DNA of 55,426 nt from Callorhinchus milii (taxonomy: Eukaryota): assembly GCF_018977255.1 (NCBI RefSeq), contig NW_024705307.1, positions 1-55,426 on the forward strand. Reading direction: 5' to 3'. The notes below the pieces were generated by a model that was not told the DNA's origin, ran no database searches, and was given only the letters and a program-made list of their open reading frames with translations. Below, in pieces: positions 15,001 through 29,017 of the stretch. How positions within the stretch are numbered: the stretch's first letter is position 1; each line of letters starts with the position of its first letter. Position numbers and translations under genes: made by a program.

Positions 15001-18000
15001 ATCCGTCGAAAATGCCAATTCCCGTTGGCCGGGTAGGCAGAAACGCTTTAGACAACGGGAGGCTTTGAGTGGCCATGTAGCCCCCCAACAGGTAAGTCTA
15101 GTATAGTTTAACCCTAGCGGTAGCAATGAATACGTAGTCTTTGACCTCTCAGCAGGGCACAGAGGAGAAAGACGTTAGAGAAGATTATTAGCTTCAACTA
15201 ATGAGCAGGACTAAGAGAGCGAATAGACTTTCGGACAAAATCTATTTGAGGGAGTGGACGGGACTACCTTGCAGGCCTGGTGGAAATCAAATATGGTCGT
15301 TAATCGACCTCGGCGGTGGCACTAGATGACTCGAAATTTGCTAAGATTGTAGCCGTACTACGGTAAAGCTCACTGATAGGGGCGGTTAGCTATACCCGCT
15401 ACGGACGTGCCGACGACAACATCATCTTTTCAGGACGGATTTTTCGGCTGGCAACATATGAATTACGATGCCGGATTTGGGCGGCAACGCAAGACCTGGA
15501 CCCCAGATCTTTTATCCAAGGAACGTTAGCAGCCTTTACGGTGGCGTCACGTCGGACTGTTGATATACTAAGATGCCGTTGCAGATTAACGGTCTATACC
15601 CTTGCCCCTCTGCTCTCCACCAATCTCTGACTGAAAGTGCCAGGTTATATCCCCCTGGCACTACAGATAGGGTACGGGGATTCTGCTTCGCACGCCAATC
15701 TTGCGTCTCCATTTGAGCTAAGTGGGAACAGGGAACTTTGAATTCCGTTTAGGCTGGCCAGGTGTAATCGAAATCTAACTCTTCCTACCCACTACTCTCT
15801 TGGACAGTCGAAGAGACATAGAGGATGTTATATGATCTTACCCAGCTGGCTCTCTCACCGTTGCGCTTAATGTCTAGCTCACCATACCCCGAAAATAACT
15901 TGTTAATGCGGATCGCCTTTACTCACGCAACTCGTGAAGCTTGCACTCACCTGCGACGCTGTTAAACTTAATCTAGTGGATTCGGCTCCAACCAATTGAC
16001 ACCGCTTCTCATAGCCCGCATACTCAACTCTTATGGATTTGGCTATATAGAGCTGCGACCATCACTAGAGCTTTCGAGGTTGAATATCAGGGAGTTCACA
16101 GGACGATTAAAATGTAGACATTAATATATTTAGGGCACGACCCCTACTCGCTAAACGGGACTGCAAACGGCTCAGATAAACTCATGTGTGTCAGTATTAT
16201 ACAACTACAATTTCGTATTAACGATGTGAGTGTCAGCATTTCGCCCCAAATGAAGGAGACCTGATTGAAGGTTGTGGAACCGTATAGTAAGCGCCCGGCG
16301 GGGGATCAGGTTGGGTGGTAAGGGATGTTCTCCGAAACCGTGTCAATCGGACGGATTTCGGTGGGAAAGTGGATTGCTCCCGTAATTGAAGTAACGGATG
16401 TTAGCTGTATAGCGTGGCAGGCACTCATCGACACTTTTCTAGTAGGTGATGCTCCCCCCTTGGTATCCATTGCAACGACGCATAGTCCCGTCCCAATATG
16501 AATGGCCCAGCAACCCTTCAATCGACGGCGTCGATGGTCGTGGGTCGTATCCTTGGACGCTCCTAGTGAGGTCCCTTGCTTATGGCTCTCTCTGAAAGTC
16601 GCGGTATACTCTTACAGATGGAGAACACCACAGCATCCTACTTCGTATGAGGGTATAGACGTCGCAGTCTCTACCGTGCGGAAATATCCCAAGTGTATTA
16701 CTCGCGTGGAAAAAATAACACATGCGACTCATGGGGCGCATTGGGCGGAAAGCGCCCATGCTAAAGTTTGCACCACGGTATGTTTCGATACGCCTTTCGT
16801 CCCCACTGGGTCGCCGTCCAATGCAAACCTCGAACAGCGAAGGCAGTTCAACTTGCGTTAGTGCGTCCATCACCAATGCATCCCCCTTAGGGCAGTTGGT
16901 TGTCAGACCGATTTACGATGACAGAGGATATCTTCCCGAAACGCTGTGTTGGGCGTTATCGGTACATGCGGTGAACGGCGCGTATTCGTCTCCCGGAACG
17001 AACTCCAGACATGAATGCGCAGGCATGACCAGTCTCCATTTGTTTTGATGGTATTTAAGTGCTCACTGTATGTAGGATGTCACGGTCATTCTTGGGTACT
17101 ACACGAGACGTAACATAACCAAAACTTGGGGACGTCGGCAGCTTTTTTCTAGTTGCAGCCAATTTTGCGTTATGGTTCTACCACCTGTCCGGATATTATG
17201 CGCGTTGGGACGTGAATTTCCACGCGCCTCACTATCACGGTGGATCCAAGTCAAACGAACTATTCTAAGTGGAGAATCTATGCTTCGCATCTAATTGCTG
17301 TCGGATTTCTACTGCTGGCCGCTAAAGCTCCGCTGGCAGCCACAGATACCTATACTCCTAATACACCAAATCACTCCAGCCTAACTTGGGATCGTTCGGA
17401 CGAATTCCGGGCAGGTCCCTGGCCGAGCTCCCTGAGGATGGCTAATGGGAGGAACCTAACCATTCCAACGTGTATGAGATCCAACAATGTTATTTCCGCC
17501 ACGGATCAAAGGTAAGCATATTATCATGCCCATCTACCAATCATATTTTTTCGGGCGATTCCAGTTGGTGATTGCAGCGACGGAATGTTTAGACTCATTG
17601 CGACGGAACTTGAGAAAGCCGGTCCGAGGCTGGGCTGCCCTTGGGGATTACGGATTGGAGCTGTTTGAATGCGTCGTTGTTTGCTTAGATTCCAACAGCT
17701 ATACTAGGGTTGGATTTGAGGTTTACCCAAGCATATTGCAAATGGCGAGTAGGCTGGTGACACACCCGGCCGAACGCCATGGTGTATCTTAGCCAAACGC
17801 GTATCTGCGGATCGATGCTAAACGTGCCTTATTTGGTGAGTGGTCACTATAGTTTGAACGGTCCAGGTGAGTCCGGGAGGACAGCGATCCCGTGTCAGTC
17901 GAGAGGGCAGTTTGGTTTCTTCTGTCTCAAATTCAAAGGGAATGTGCGAAGGTAAAAGTTAGATGTATTGGGAGATGAAAGATACGTCGCCCTGCCCCAT

Positions 18001-21000
18001 GTGACCCGATTTGCGTGGACGGTCCACACGAACACATGATTATAGTGTTTCTAACTCTGTCTAGTGTGATGATAACGGGCTCTGCTGATTTATAAATGAG
18101 TCGATTTCCAATTCAAGAGCGCAACGCGCTACTAGTGTGACCAACTGAGCATTGAGAGTAACTCTGATGACGTTGTCTCAACATGGATTTTGCGAGAGTG
18201 CCGGGGGGGGTAGACACCCTCGAGATTTTAGCACAGGAAAATTGCACGTTCTGGTACGTGCTCAAATTCAAATGCTGGGCGATAAACCCACAAGCCTCAG
18301 TAAGAGTAGAGACTTTGTTAAAAATGGAATATTGTTAACACTAAGGTCCGAATCAACACACCATCTGGACATTCAATTCAAGACTAGCGTACGTCAAACC
18401 GGTAGTAGTGACGAATCTCCAGTAAAGTTTCGCGCGAGCGAGCAGCAATTCCTGGACATCTCCAGACCGGGAAAAATTTCGGAGTCGCTTCGCAAATAGG
18501 AAGCGGGTGACGTGTACTAGAATCTCCGCGGTAGACTGCTAGGCGACCCGGTAACTCTCAGTCGATTATTTGAGAAGTTAATATATATGGAAAGGAAGAC
18601 ATACAGCGAGCTGACGCTGGAACTCTTTTGTTTGAGATGTGTCCTCCTCTTACCGTCCGCACTGACATCCTCTTACTTAATAGGTCGGCCTCACCAACTC
18701 GACCCGGGCCGTTGAAATGTAGAGCTTTAACCCCTCACTTGCGAAATCCTTTAGCATGTAGTAGGACTTGGGATTGGACATCAGGCCGTGGAGATTTGAC
18801 AGCACAAGATAGTTATGAGAGATGGGTGATCGGCTCCCCGTTTAGTTAGTTTCGAAGTACCTTGTCAAGGGATACGATTCGAGCAACGAGGCTAAGGAAT
18901 GGACCTGATGATTTATTACCGTCTCTGAATTCGTAGGGTCCGACTGGGTAGATATAAGTTCGAGAAGTACGGCTGCACGAATGAACCCCAGTAGTCACTG
19001 TGTACGGGTGGAATGCTAGCCAAATGAGGCGAAGGCTACATGATAACATGCATGCTTCCCAGTCCGTAGGCTAATTACGATTTTATGGTGCACTTCTTCA
19101 ACTACGTATTAACCTTGGGTGCATAGATACTAATGGAAAGGATTGGTGGTGTACTGTGTTATCCTGCCGATGTAATAGTCATATTGGCAACTTCATGCTC
19201 AGATTCCGATTAATGTGAGATAATTGGAGAATGACGTCCGCCGGAATGCTAAGACATTCGGGCCCTAGTGAGTTTCTGAAGCATTACCGTGTTGCGGAGC
19301 CCCCACGTGCCAGTATATGCGAGTTGCGTCATTCCCCCGGTGTGATTCTTAGCCAGAGAGGATGGGGCGCTTTGTTCTTGTCGCGAAAGTCGGACCAAAA
19401 TGGGCTATACTTTTGTGAATGCCTAGCGCTCTTCGCTTTACACTCCTACTCCTGGATACAGTTAAGTGTCGCATAACCATGCGAGTCTGATAGCACCCAT
19501 ACGTAAATACTATCCTCACGTTGATTTGCAGGTCGGTCCTCGTGGAGCACGCACTGTTTACAAGCGCAGAACCAATGCCGTTCTAAAGGGACTGATGTTC
19601 GTTGTACCCATTCATTGCTGTAACATGAGCGGTGTTTAGTGTAATCCCCTTGTCAGCGGCTGGTGAGATCAAGGTCACAACATTCATCATAGCCACGACT
19701 TGCCAAAGGACCGGGGAGCGCGAGTTGCAACTTTCCGACGTCCACAAGGTGTAACCCCCGTGAATGATCAAATAAAAGGCGCTCAACTCGTTTAGACCGT
19801 CGCCAGGAACGCCGGTATCCTGAGCGCTTGTCACGACTGAGTATGTGGCATCAGCGCAACACTAACCGCGATGGACGTTCGGGCGTATGATTAATGCACG
19901 TGGCAGTACTTGCATAGATCCCAGTACGGTCCGACTTCCCTCTCGAAATAATTAAACCGCCACCTAGCTTTTCGCAACCGTAATACCACACGCGACTTAG
20001 TAGGCCCTGACTACCACCTCGCTTGCAACGGCCGAGATACTTCGGTAGACTAAGTATGCGGCAGGGCGCCAGGACCCCAAACCAAAAATATACGACGAGG
20101 CGTACGCCGGCGAAAAATGTTATCATACTAAGTAAGGAATCCTCAGTATTGGAGCCCGAGGACCTATCCGATACCAGAAGATCGGACGAAAGTCTACCGC
20201 TCTAGGCGTGCTCCAAGGAGAAGTAAGCAGTTCTGGGGCGTATTACCGGTATCAAGGTTAAGGCCGTCGTCAGGAATCCTGACAAGTTCCAAACTCCGTC
20301 GAACGGCTTCGCTAACTGTCATCGCATGGTGTAGTACGTCGTAGTGCTAGGCTCGTCTTTAAAAAAAGCGTAGCGCCTGATAACTGATTTTTGTCGTTTA
20401 GAAACACCAACAAACGGCGTCTAGCGAGTCACACTTGCGCTTCGTATCCAGAACTCACTTGGTTGGGCGTAGACCTGATTATGCGGCTATCACTATGGCA
20501 AAATATGTTACAGAACTGAGTTCACGAGTACCGTATGTGTAGTGTGGGCATACGCATTCTGTATATTCCATAAGTCGTCGTCTGATATGAGTGAGTGGTC
20601 ACCTCGGGCGGAGCAATCAGGTTCTATAGGCAGCATTCCTAGGGGTCCATTACGGTGCTCCGACCCCCTACCGTTTCACCAGGGATCACAGAACCCGAGT
20701 TTTACGCCAACGGCTGCGACTTATCGTAAGCTTGAGTAACTGTGTTGAATCGGACACACGATTGCCGCACCGCCGGGGCCAAAACTTCGACAACTTCAGA
20801 TTGAATCGGGGCTACAAGGTAAGGTGCGACTGTTTACAATTCACTCACATTTGCGATTACTATGAAATAGTTCATACCTATGTAGATGGCCGAGTTTTAG
20901 AGTTTAGCGCGTTTAGCAATTAGTATCCCGATTGGATTAACGATCGGGCCGTTAGAGACGCAGAAAGCCTTCACAGCATGACACATTGGGCTCTGACCTC

Positions 21001-24000
21001 ACATCCGCCCCATATTCTAGACGTGAACCCCCGTCTAATTACAAACCATGAGAACTCAAGGCGTTACCTGAACAGAGCGTGTACTCCGGATTCTGGTGGA
21101 TTCTTAGTCTCGTCCTCAAACCAAAGTTGGATTTCCGTGGACTACTCCAGAAGTAGATTCTCAAGAAAAGGAAACCTCCCACATTCATGTGAAACGTACA
21201 GAAGAAATAACTCTAATCACATGCGAGGGCAATTATCAACATCCGGCGTAGATACGATTTGACGCTGTTCAGACAGCCGCGTCTTGGTGTGCGATTGAGA
21301 GACGCGTGGCCACGTCTGTCAGGCCACGAGGCGTTGCAATGGATCAAATAGGCGTTATATCAATCGCTTCGCCCGCGGCGATCGCAAGCCGAGATCCTCT
21401 CAAACTCGTATTGCCTTAAGTGTAGCGTTTTTAACCTAACATCGCTTTACACTGGGGTAGATGCTTAAACGGCGACATGGCCGACTATCTGGCCTCATTT
21501 TGTGACACCGTTCTTTTGTGATATCACGATAGGTCCCCGAATGCCCGAGCACCAACTAACGTTTTATCAACAGCACTCACGCTGGTATGTCCTTCCGTGG
21601 TCAAAACCTGACTCGAAACTGAGAGATACCGTAACTTCCGGCCAGCAGTTCTTCATTGCGTATAAGCCCTTACGAGAACTGTGACCAGTGTTATCGTCAC
21701 GACGGGGCACAGTGCCCGGTCCTGACTAGTCTTGTTTGCACAGAAGTTACGTAGCGGGGGCGAGAAGGGCCCTCCTGTAATCTCGATTTCTACTCGGCAA
21801 TGGGAGACAAACAACCTTACGCAAAGATTTCGCCACGAAAAGGTCTGCCCTAAGGCCCATTAACTTTCACTGTGTAGAGTTTGTCTTATGGCCTGGCCCG
21901 GGGTAGCGTTATACAAACATATATGATGCCGCTGCATGGAAAATAGGCCCACGTGAGGATTAGCCACCACAGTCTACACTGCGCCACAGCACCTAACATG
22001 AATTCCAATACTCAACGAGAGGGGGATGGCTAAACGATTTGATCATAGTCAGGTATTCCCCATGATAGTAAGACTTCACAGCACCGTCTGAGTAAGAGAC
22101 CATAACTAAGCAGCGGCGAGGATTCAATCTCTATGCTTTAGTTCTCCATGGCTTAATCTGGGAAGACGAGGTTTGCGCGATGGCCTATTTAATTAAGAAG
22201 TCCGTGGGCGTCTGACAAGTTGTTCCCGATGACATACGGCGATTCCGGTGTTATTAACCCCAAAGAATAGCTCAACTACTCTTGTCTGCTAGACTTTATG
22301 TACGGGAATTGTCTATTTGAGTACTGAATACACTGATTCCACTGGAGTCAGATCCGATCTGGCGGCTGCCTGTTCCTTGCTTTGCAACCGAACGTCTATT
22401 TAGCTTATCTGATAAGCGAACGTGAGTCCCCGACTAGCTATACCGGTTAAACCTACTGCACATTACAGCAAGCCTCAGCAATGAGTCTAATCGCCCGGTG
22501 CGCGAAGGTATACCCGCATCGTCAATAACCGACGAAGACTTCGCCTGCAAGTCGGCCTACCGGCTGTCGTATCTTTCCATCCGATTAGCAATGCGAGCTC
22601 CTGATGGGAACGTTCGCAATTTCTCACAGGAGTGTCACATCAGGATAAGCAGTTCAAACTAGCGCGCCTTGTCGGCATCCTTTTTACCCCAGAGTCTCCG
22701 AAAGCCCATCTGGTTATCGCTACCGATTGCGCGGCCTGCAGCCTAATCACTCGGGGGATGCCTGTGCCTCACATATCGACTATAGCGAACTACAGTACCA
22801 GAGCGTCTAGATTAATGAGCCCCGCATTCGACGTCTCGAGATATGTCACAAATTTTATCCGCACGTCCGATACCCAGTCGTGGACTTTGGCAGAACCGTT
22901 GGAATAACAGGTCTATGCAGATCCTACCTCGTTTTCTAACGGGGACGTGCCTGATGTCGGGGAACGAAGACGGTATGGCATCCAGCTCCCCGCAAAGACT
23001 TACATATTGTGGCACCTTGGGGCCACCATAATGAAACACGCATTTGCATGTGTCAACTGGGAGAGGCTTAAATCCAGGTTTGATTCGCTAGTAGAGAGTT
23101 GACGTCAATATAGAAAGCCAAATCTGATGTATTGCCGCACTAACGCATTGATGATAAGGTAGGGAGTCGCGTAATTACACAGCTTCGGAGGCTTTCGCTC
23201 CTCTAGGATGGGACAGAACAGCGGAGCATACCTACCCTGCTAATTCCCTGGAGATTCGGTTCATAACCAAGGGCTCCGACGGACATGCTCTAAAACCACC
23301 TACAGGCTTGTGGCAGACGGGGTGGACTAGTCGCGCTCATCGACAAAACTGTTACGGAAGACACCCACGACCATGTCATTCTTTGCACTATTAGGGGAGG
23401 TTCGTGTCACCCCCGCGCGCGACAAACTCGCCCAAGCGCGGGTCCACCTGCACGTATCGAATTTTCAGGAACCCTATGTGCGTTGGGACAATCGGCGACA
23501 AGTCTGTTCTTGCGATTTGTAGATACGAGTCACACCACTAGGTTTAGCTCACCCTGACCCAGCGGATTTAAGGATTACTTCTTATTAACCAAAGAGGAAT
23601 GGCGGCACATGCTGTCGACATACATATGCTAAGCTTGCCTCGGACGTGGCAGGTCGGAAGTCGCAACAGGCAAAATCGCCTGGAGGCACTAAAGTGAGAT
23701 CGCTCGACAGGACCACTACCCGAACCTCACAGGCCCGCTGCACTACGGTAGAGGCACATTGATAACTACACGCCTCTCTAGAGGTTTGGTGGCTACATCA
23801 CCACATTAGGCTTGCCGTCGCGGTCTATGAGGACTTCCCTAACCGGAGCCGATTCGGCGTGCATGCGACTGCCTTAAACATGTGTTGCGACGCGATACCC
23901 CCTTCATCACTCAAAAAACAGATTTTAATTGAGAGGCGCGTTCGTGATGTCATTCGGGGGGTTCACAGTCATCTTCCAAGCCTTACCGAACGAATCTGGC

Positions 24001-27000
24001 AGGAAATCCAGGCAGATAGATGTCGTACCTTACTCTAGGTTAAGCTATATTATGGCGCAGCATCGGTGGGTACCTCGTCTCTAAATGGGGCTATCAGCTA
24101 CTTCACCCTTAGCGACAGTGGGCTCCAAGGTCCTATATCGCCCCACGACGTAAGTCAGCGGATGGTCGCCACGATAGGGATAAGAAGCATTATACAGGAT
24201 GGCCCGTCCTGGACATTGTCCTATGCGCATATTTGGTAAGCGGCAAACACGTAAACACGACTTACGACACATATGATACGGCAGGGAATTGGAAAACCCT
24301 ACACGGATCGGTTGGAAATTACTTCATGGAAAAGTGAGTGCATACGACTAGTCCATGGCGACGGTACACAGTTGAAGTACCGATCCCACCCTGCCGAATG
24401 TCTTAATTTGTTAATGCGGTCGCGTTCTGACGACTTCACTACTCGAATGGCATTGCCTGGAAAGTTAAACTACCTAGTTCCGACAAAGAGCCTGGCTCTG
24501 GCTAACAGACAGGCCACGCTCTAGTGGAATCCACTATGAACGAGTTATTTATAGTGGCGAATTGTACCTATTCTGTCTTGTCTTCTCGAGCCGGTGTGGA
24601 ACAGTACTACCTATCGTGCACATTTGTACTGTTATAGCTGTTTGGTAAAGATTTCGGTAATCCAACCTACTCAGAGTAGGAACGAATAGTCTAAAATAAT
24701 CTACAACTCCCGGGAATTGTTCGCCGCTCAGTCGACCCTTCCCTCCCGGACTCAGTAAGTCGCGCCCCCCTCTCGAGACGTCGAGAATTAATAACACAGA
24801 ACCCCAGCTCACGACCTGGGGAGAACACTGCAATCTGTTTGTAAGTTGAGTTCGCATGTATTTATCCCCGCATATAAAGGTTTACATAACAGGACGCCCT
24901 GCCGTGCGTTATTCGACTTTACGCATCCATCCCTTCTAATGGAGCAAGATCCGGGAACAAGGCCACTAGGTGGAAATATTAGCTTATGGTAAGGGCTACT
25001 TGAAGAACGTACTGTAGACGCCCTCCGCTGTCTGCTCTTCTTATGCCCTCTTGGACTATTTAGGTGGGCGAATAGTGAACAGTTTGATAGAACTAAGGTT
25101 TGCGAACTTAGGTGTTGGCCCACAGCAAGTATAGACGCGCAAAAAACTATGAAGATTACCGCGCGAATAATATTCGTTGGAGCCCCAGCAGATGTCAGGG
25201 TGATCGGAATGGGGTTAGACACAGTTACGGCACGGCTGCATTGTTTAGCTAAAAATAAAATCGCTCGTCAAGGTGGCCTATCTTCGGAGCATTACCGTTA
25301 TTGTGTATGAGGCAGTACCCCGCTCAAGAAAAAAGGAACTCATTAAGAGATCATTGCTCCTCGAGATGCCGTGCCGCGCCCAGATTTTCTCCCGCATACG
25401 GGAATCTCGCAAAGCTGGCGCAGAACGATGAACGTGTCTACTGCTGCCCGATTTGATGGGTGCTTTGGATGCGCTAGTCGTAGGGATTCGCAGGAACTCT
25501 TGTGGGCTGCCATTCGAGCAACGTGGCAACATCGGCGACATTAAGTACTCTCACCTCGAAACTTGTAGACTGATCATTACTTCGGATGTGAAATTTAAGT
25601 AAATGTGTGCGGAATCTCGCGCTTCCCTGACTCGTCATGCGCTCCCGGCGTTTTATAAAGAATGGCGTTCTGGAGAAAGTTCCTAAAGGTCATATCTCGG
25701 TATTGTGCTAGGCACTACTCCTAACGACTTAATCGAGAGCACTGTGCGGTATCTCGGACAGACCCATTATGGCTGACGAGCTTCTTCGGGGCAGGGAAGG
25801 CTTTAACTGTTGCTCTATCCAGGCCGCAACTGCCTTGAATTCCTCTATTAATTTTATAAATTAACGTCGTAAGAGAAAACTTTCCTGTGGGTTCTGTTCC
25901 GAGGGGAGGAAGCATCAAAGGCAATCGACCACAATGATGGCACTAGTCCGGTCTGGGAGCATATGGGACACGTGCACGCGGGAACGGGGTTTCCCTTGTA
26001 ACGTGGGTTAGGGTCCAACATCCAGCGCGGACCACGCGGCGACGATGTGAGGTCAGCCACTTATGCGAACGTCTGTGTAACGTCAGCCCTCGCCTACCGT
26101 TAAGGAATGCATGACGGCAGTTCAAACCCCTGTGAATTATATTGCATCAGTGGCGAAGCGAATCTACGTGGGGGGCATGACATCCGGCCACGATAGGCGA
26201 AGAGTCGTAAGCCTATCTGAAACAGATAGGGTTGAAAAGCCATGCCAATCGCACCTTCGGAAGCCCAGTGGGGAAATCCACTGCCTACGTCACAACTGAC
26301 CCTGCCCGAAAAGGATTGAAGTTGTCCGCGGAATAACTGGCCAGAGGGTGCTGCGCGAGCTACGATTATAATTGACATACGTGCACGATCGACAGCATAG
26401 TACCATGTCTAGTGCACTACAGGCGAAGGAGTCTGAATGCCACGAATCTGAATTCCCTCCTCAAATGTATCTGTGAACCTTGTTTGGTCCGCGCGGCGCG
26501 GCCGATTGGTAGTAATCAGGTCCTCACACTAAATTAAGTTTAAGTGAGCGGACTGAGATTGAGTTGATCCGGTTTCTCGCATCGACCTGTTGGTCAAAGG
26601 GCAAAGTTACTTCACCATGCATGGCTAGTTTGTGTCTCCCAGGCAGAACTAGCGCACCTGTTAACATCAACTAATAGAGGTCGCATTGGCAAGGTACGAC
26701 AGTAGACCAGTCGCCGAATAGAGTCAAATCTCAGAGCACAGACTTCAGAATAGGAACACTTACACGGAAACGAGCAAGACTCAAAAGGGGGGCAGAAGCG
26801 TCTAGGGTTTAGCTATTATTGCATCTTATAGAGTAATAGGGAACCGAGTGGTGTGCTGCGTATGACTAATTACTACTAGCCTATAAGCGCAACGTGGCCG
26901 CCACATTAACATACATCCTTATTCCTTCCCCCCCCGCGCGGAGCACCATGCCCGCACACGTACAACTTTGTACTGGGTCACTGGGAAGTTGTTGTGCTTC

Positions 27001-27990
27001 TATGTCCCAGCCCCGGTCCTGGGCGTACGTTCGCACGGATGTTCCCCAGCCTTGCATTAGCTGGAATCCTACCTCGGATAGAGGGACTTTCTATCAAGCG
27101 GACCTTATTAGGTGTTCATAGATACCAGCACGGATGGATTCTCCTGGATCTTTTATAAGTCGCCTTGGACTTGATAGTGCCATCCGTTGTCTTCGAGGAG
27201 CAAGTCGAGAAGCCCTTGCCCCCAACAGGAAAAGAGCCTTCGCCCAAATGTACTTGTTATGTTGTAAGGTGGGTATATTTAGATGCACCCCCCAACAAAA
27301 GGAAGATCTATTATGCAGATCGCGATGTTAAGTAGAAGGTGGGGCACCTCTAATGACAGCATAGTAGGACCCATTAGTATGATGGTAGCTCGGCCAGGCA
27401 CAGGCTCCATAAGTCGTCTCGAGCGCCCTGCACTCGTATTCGTTTAAGTTGATTGCTCTAACCCTTGTAATTCATAGCTGGCCGGGCTAGCAATGGCTAT
27501 AGAACCTCGGCCAGTCTCAACGTAAGGTGTGCTCGAGAACATAAGCCTCACACGCGAATAGACGTGATTACACCGGTGTATAAGGCCTGAATACTTCAAT
27601 CTATGTCCCGGGGAATTTCTCCGGTCAAATGCGTCCGTGAATGACATGGGCCCCTTAGGTATAATATCTGGCACCCAACGAGAACATGCCCGGGCGTTTC
27701 CTATTACTTACTTTATACAAGCCCCAAAAACTATGGATTGATACTCCGACGGTTAGAAGTCCTCGCAAACTTAGACCTTTCTTATCCATTGAGGTGCGGG
27801 ACTCCTCTAGTGTGGCCGTTTGCGAGTAGCTGGCGGCCCAGTATGAGTCCCGGAATGTGGAACGCCCTGTCCAGAAATTGGATGACAATATTGGCTTCGT
27901 TAGCCCTCACTGTGGCATCATTCTTCGTATAAGTGCTTGCGGAGTAGACGCGTAAAAGTGGCATGCTCAGTCCAGACGAAGGCTGGTGAG
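1..27990. other. Featureless random-like sequence (probable synthetic/shuffled padding); right boundary approximate (+/- ~200 bp)
   Basis: By eye: near-even base and dinucleotide use, no long homopolymers or microsatellites, and none of the repeat families that recur every 1-2 kb after 28 kb. All listed ORFs are 137 aa or shorter with no recognisable protein motifs. Confidence 0.85.
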
Positions 27991-28237
27991 GCTTGTTGTT
28001 GTAACAAAGTCCAAGGACACTCATTGTGTCGAGTCCTATTCTGTCCTTATCACATTATCAGAGTTATGTCTTTTGTTTGTATTTATGACTGCAGGTATTG
28101 TGGTCTATGCAAACATGACTCCTTGTAAAAAGGTGTCAGTTTTGTTGCCAGATAGAAGGGTAAAGAACCAATTATCATATTTTTACTGGCAAATGAGGTC
28201 CCCATAGTGTAGTGATGTACCTATTAACAGTTCATAA

Positions 28238-28530
28238 CGCGGTGGCGAGATGTTTACGACCTCGCCCGGTATAGAGGAGGTCGTGGGTTCGATCTCGAAC
28301 CTGACGCCTGCTGCTGTATATTCGGAGTTTGCATTTCACTCTCCCCGTGGTCGCGTGGATTTTTCTCCGGGTCCTCCGGTTTTTCCCTCCACATTTAGAA
28401 TCAACGTGCATTTAGAGCTGTTATACATTTACACGTGACAAGCCACTTTGCTAAACTATAATTTGTGGCCAGGTCGCTTCCGAAAAGAGCTATATAGCTC
28501 AGTGGGCCTTACCTGGTAAAATAAAAAAAA
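28238..28530 (+). mobile_element. tRNA-derived SINE with V-SINE-like central domain and LINE-like tail
   Basis: B-box ggttcgatc; central ggagtttgcat...ctccccgtg...ctccgggtcctccggttt...ccaca (V-domain-like); tail ccaggtcgctt..gaaaagagctatatagctcagtgggccttacctggtaaaataaaa. Related copies at 39.6 and 42.1 kb. Confidence 0.75.
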
Positions 28531-28873
28531 GTTTAGACGGAGGTGGCAGGGGGATTTAAGAGACGTGCAGCATTGTTGAAACTGCCGCGCCGGGAGATTG
28601 AATTGAACCGACGACTTCCGAATGGCAAGTCAGGTGCGCTCACCGTTTACATCATGGCAGCATCCCCGTTTCACGTACATGATACATGAAGAACAAAACG
28701 CTACCTTGTTAATATAAACAATATTCCTTTTTATTTAGCAATTACGGAAACAAGAAGCTTCATACAGACTTGGCCTGAGCATTAATATCGTTCAATAAAT
28801 TCTTTATTGCTACGAAAACCAGCAGCCGTTTCCCTTCAATGCGAATGCAAGCCATTGTGCAATAGTGTTTGTA

Positions 28874-29017
28874 GAGCGGTGGGAAGAGTGGTTAGCACAC
28901 GGTGTCATGAACTAGGCACTCCCGGGTTCGATTCCAGCCACGGTTAACATCGGTTGCGTGATATAACTGGTCTTGTCCCCAAGCCCCACTGACCAGCGTG
29001 GTGAAGTATGGTCAAAT
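28874..29017 (+). mobile_element. tRNA-derived SINE family C, 5' part
   Basis: A-box-like agtggttagc, B-box gggttcgattcc, and body ccagcgtggtgaagtatggtcaaa shared with copies at 31.8, 43.1, 45.9 and 50.5 kb. Confidence 0.7.

Noticed and set aside
101..27932. Dozens of 60-137 aa ORFs in the first half
   Set aside because: Lengths and density look like chance ORFs, many start at GTG/TTG, and there are no recognisable domains, operon layout or splice structure.
28874..28945. tRNA genes at A/B-box motifs (also near 28600, 37650, 45430, 48320, 48910)
   Set aside because: No complete cloverleaf was seen, and the better-preserved ones run into shared SINE bodies, so they are SINE heads.
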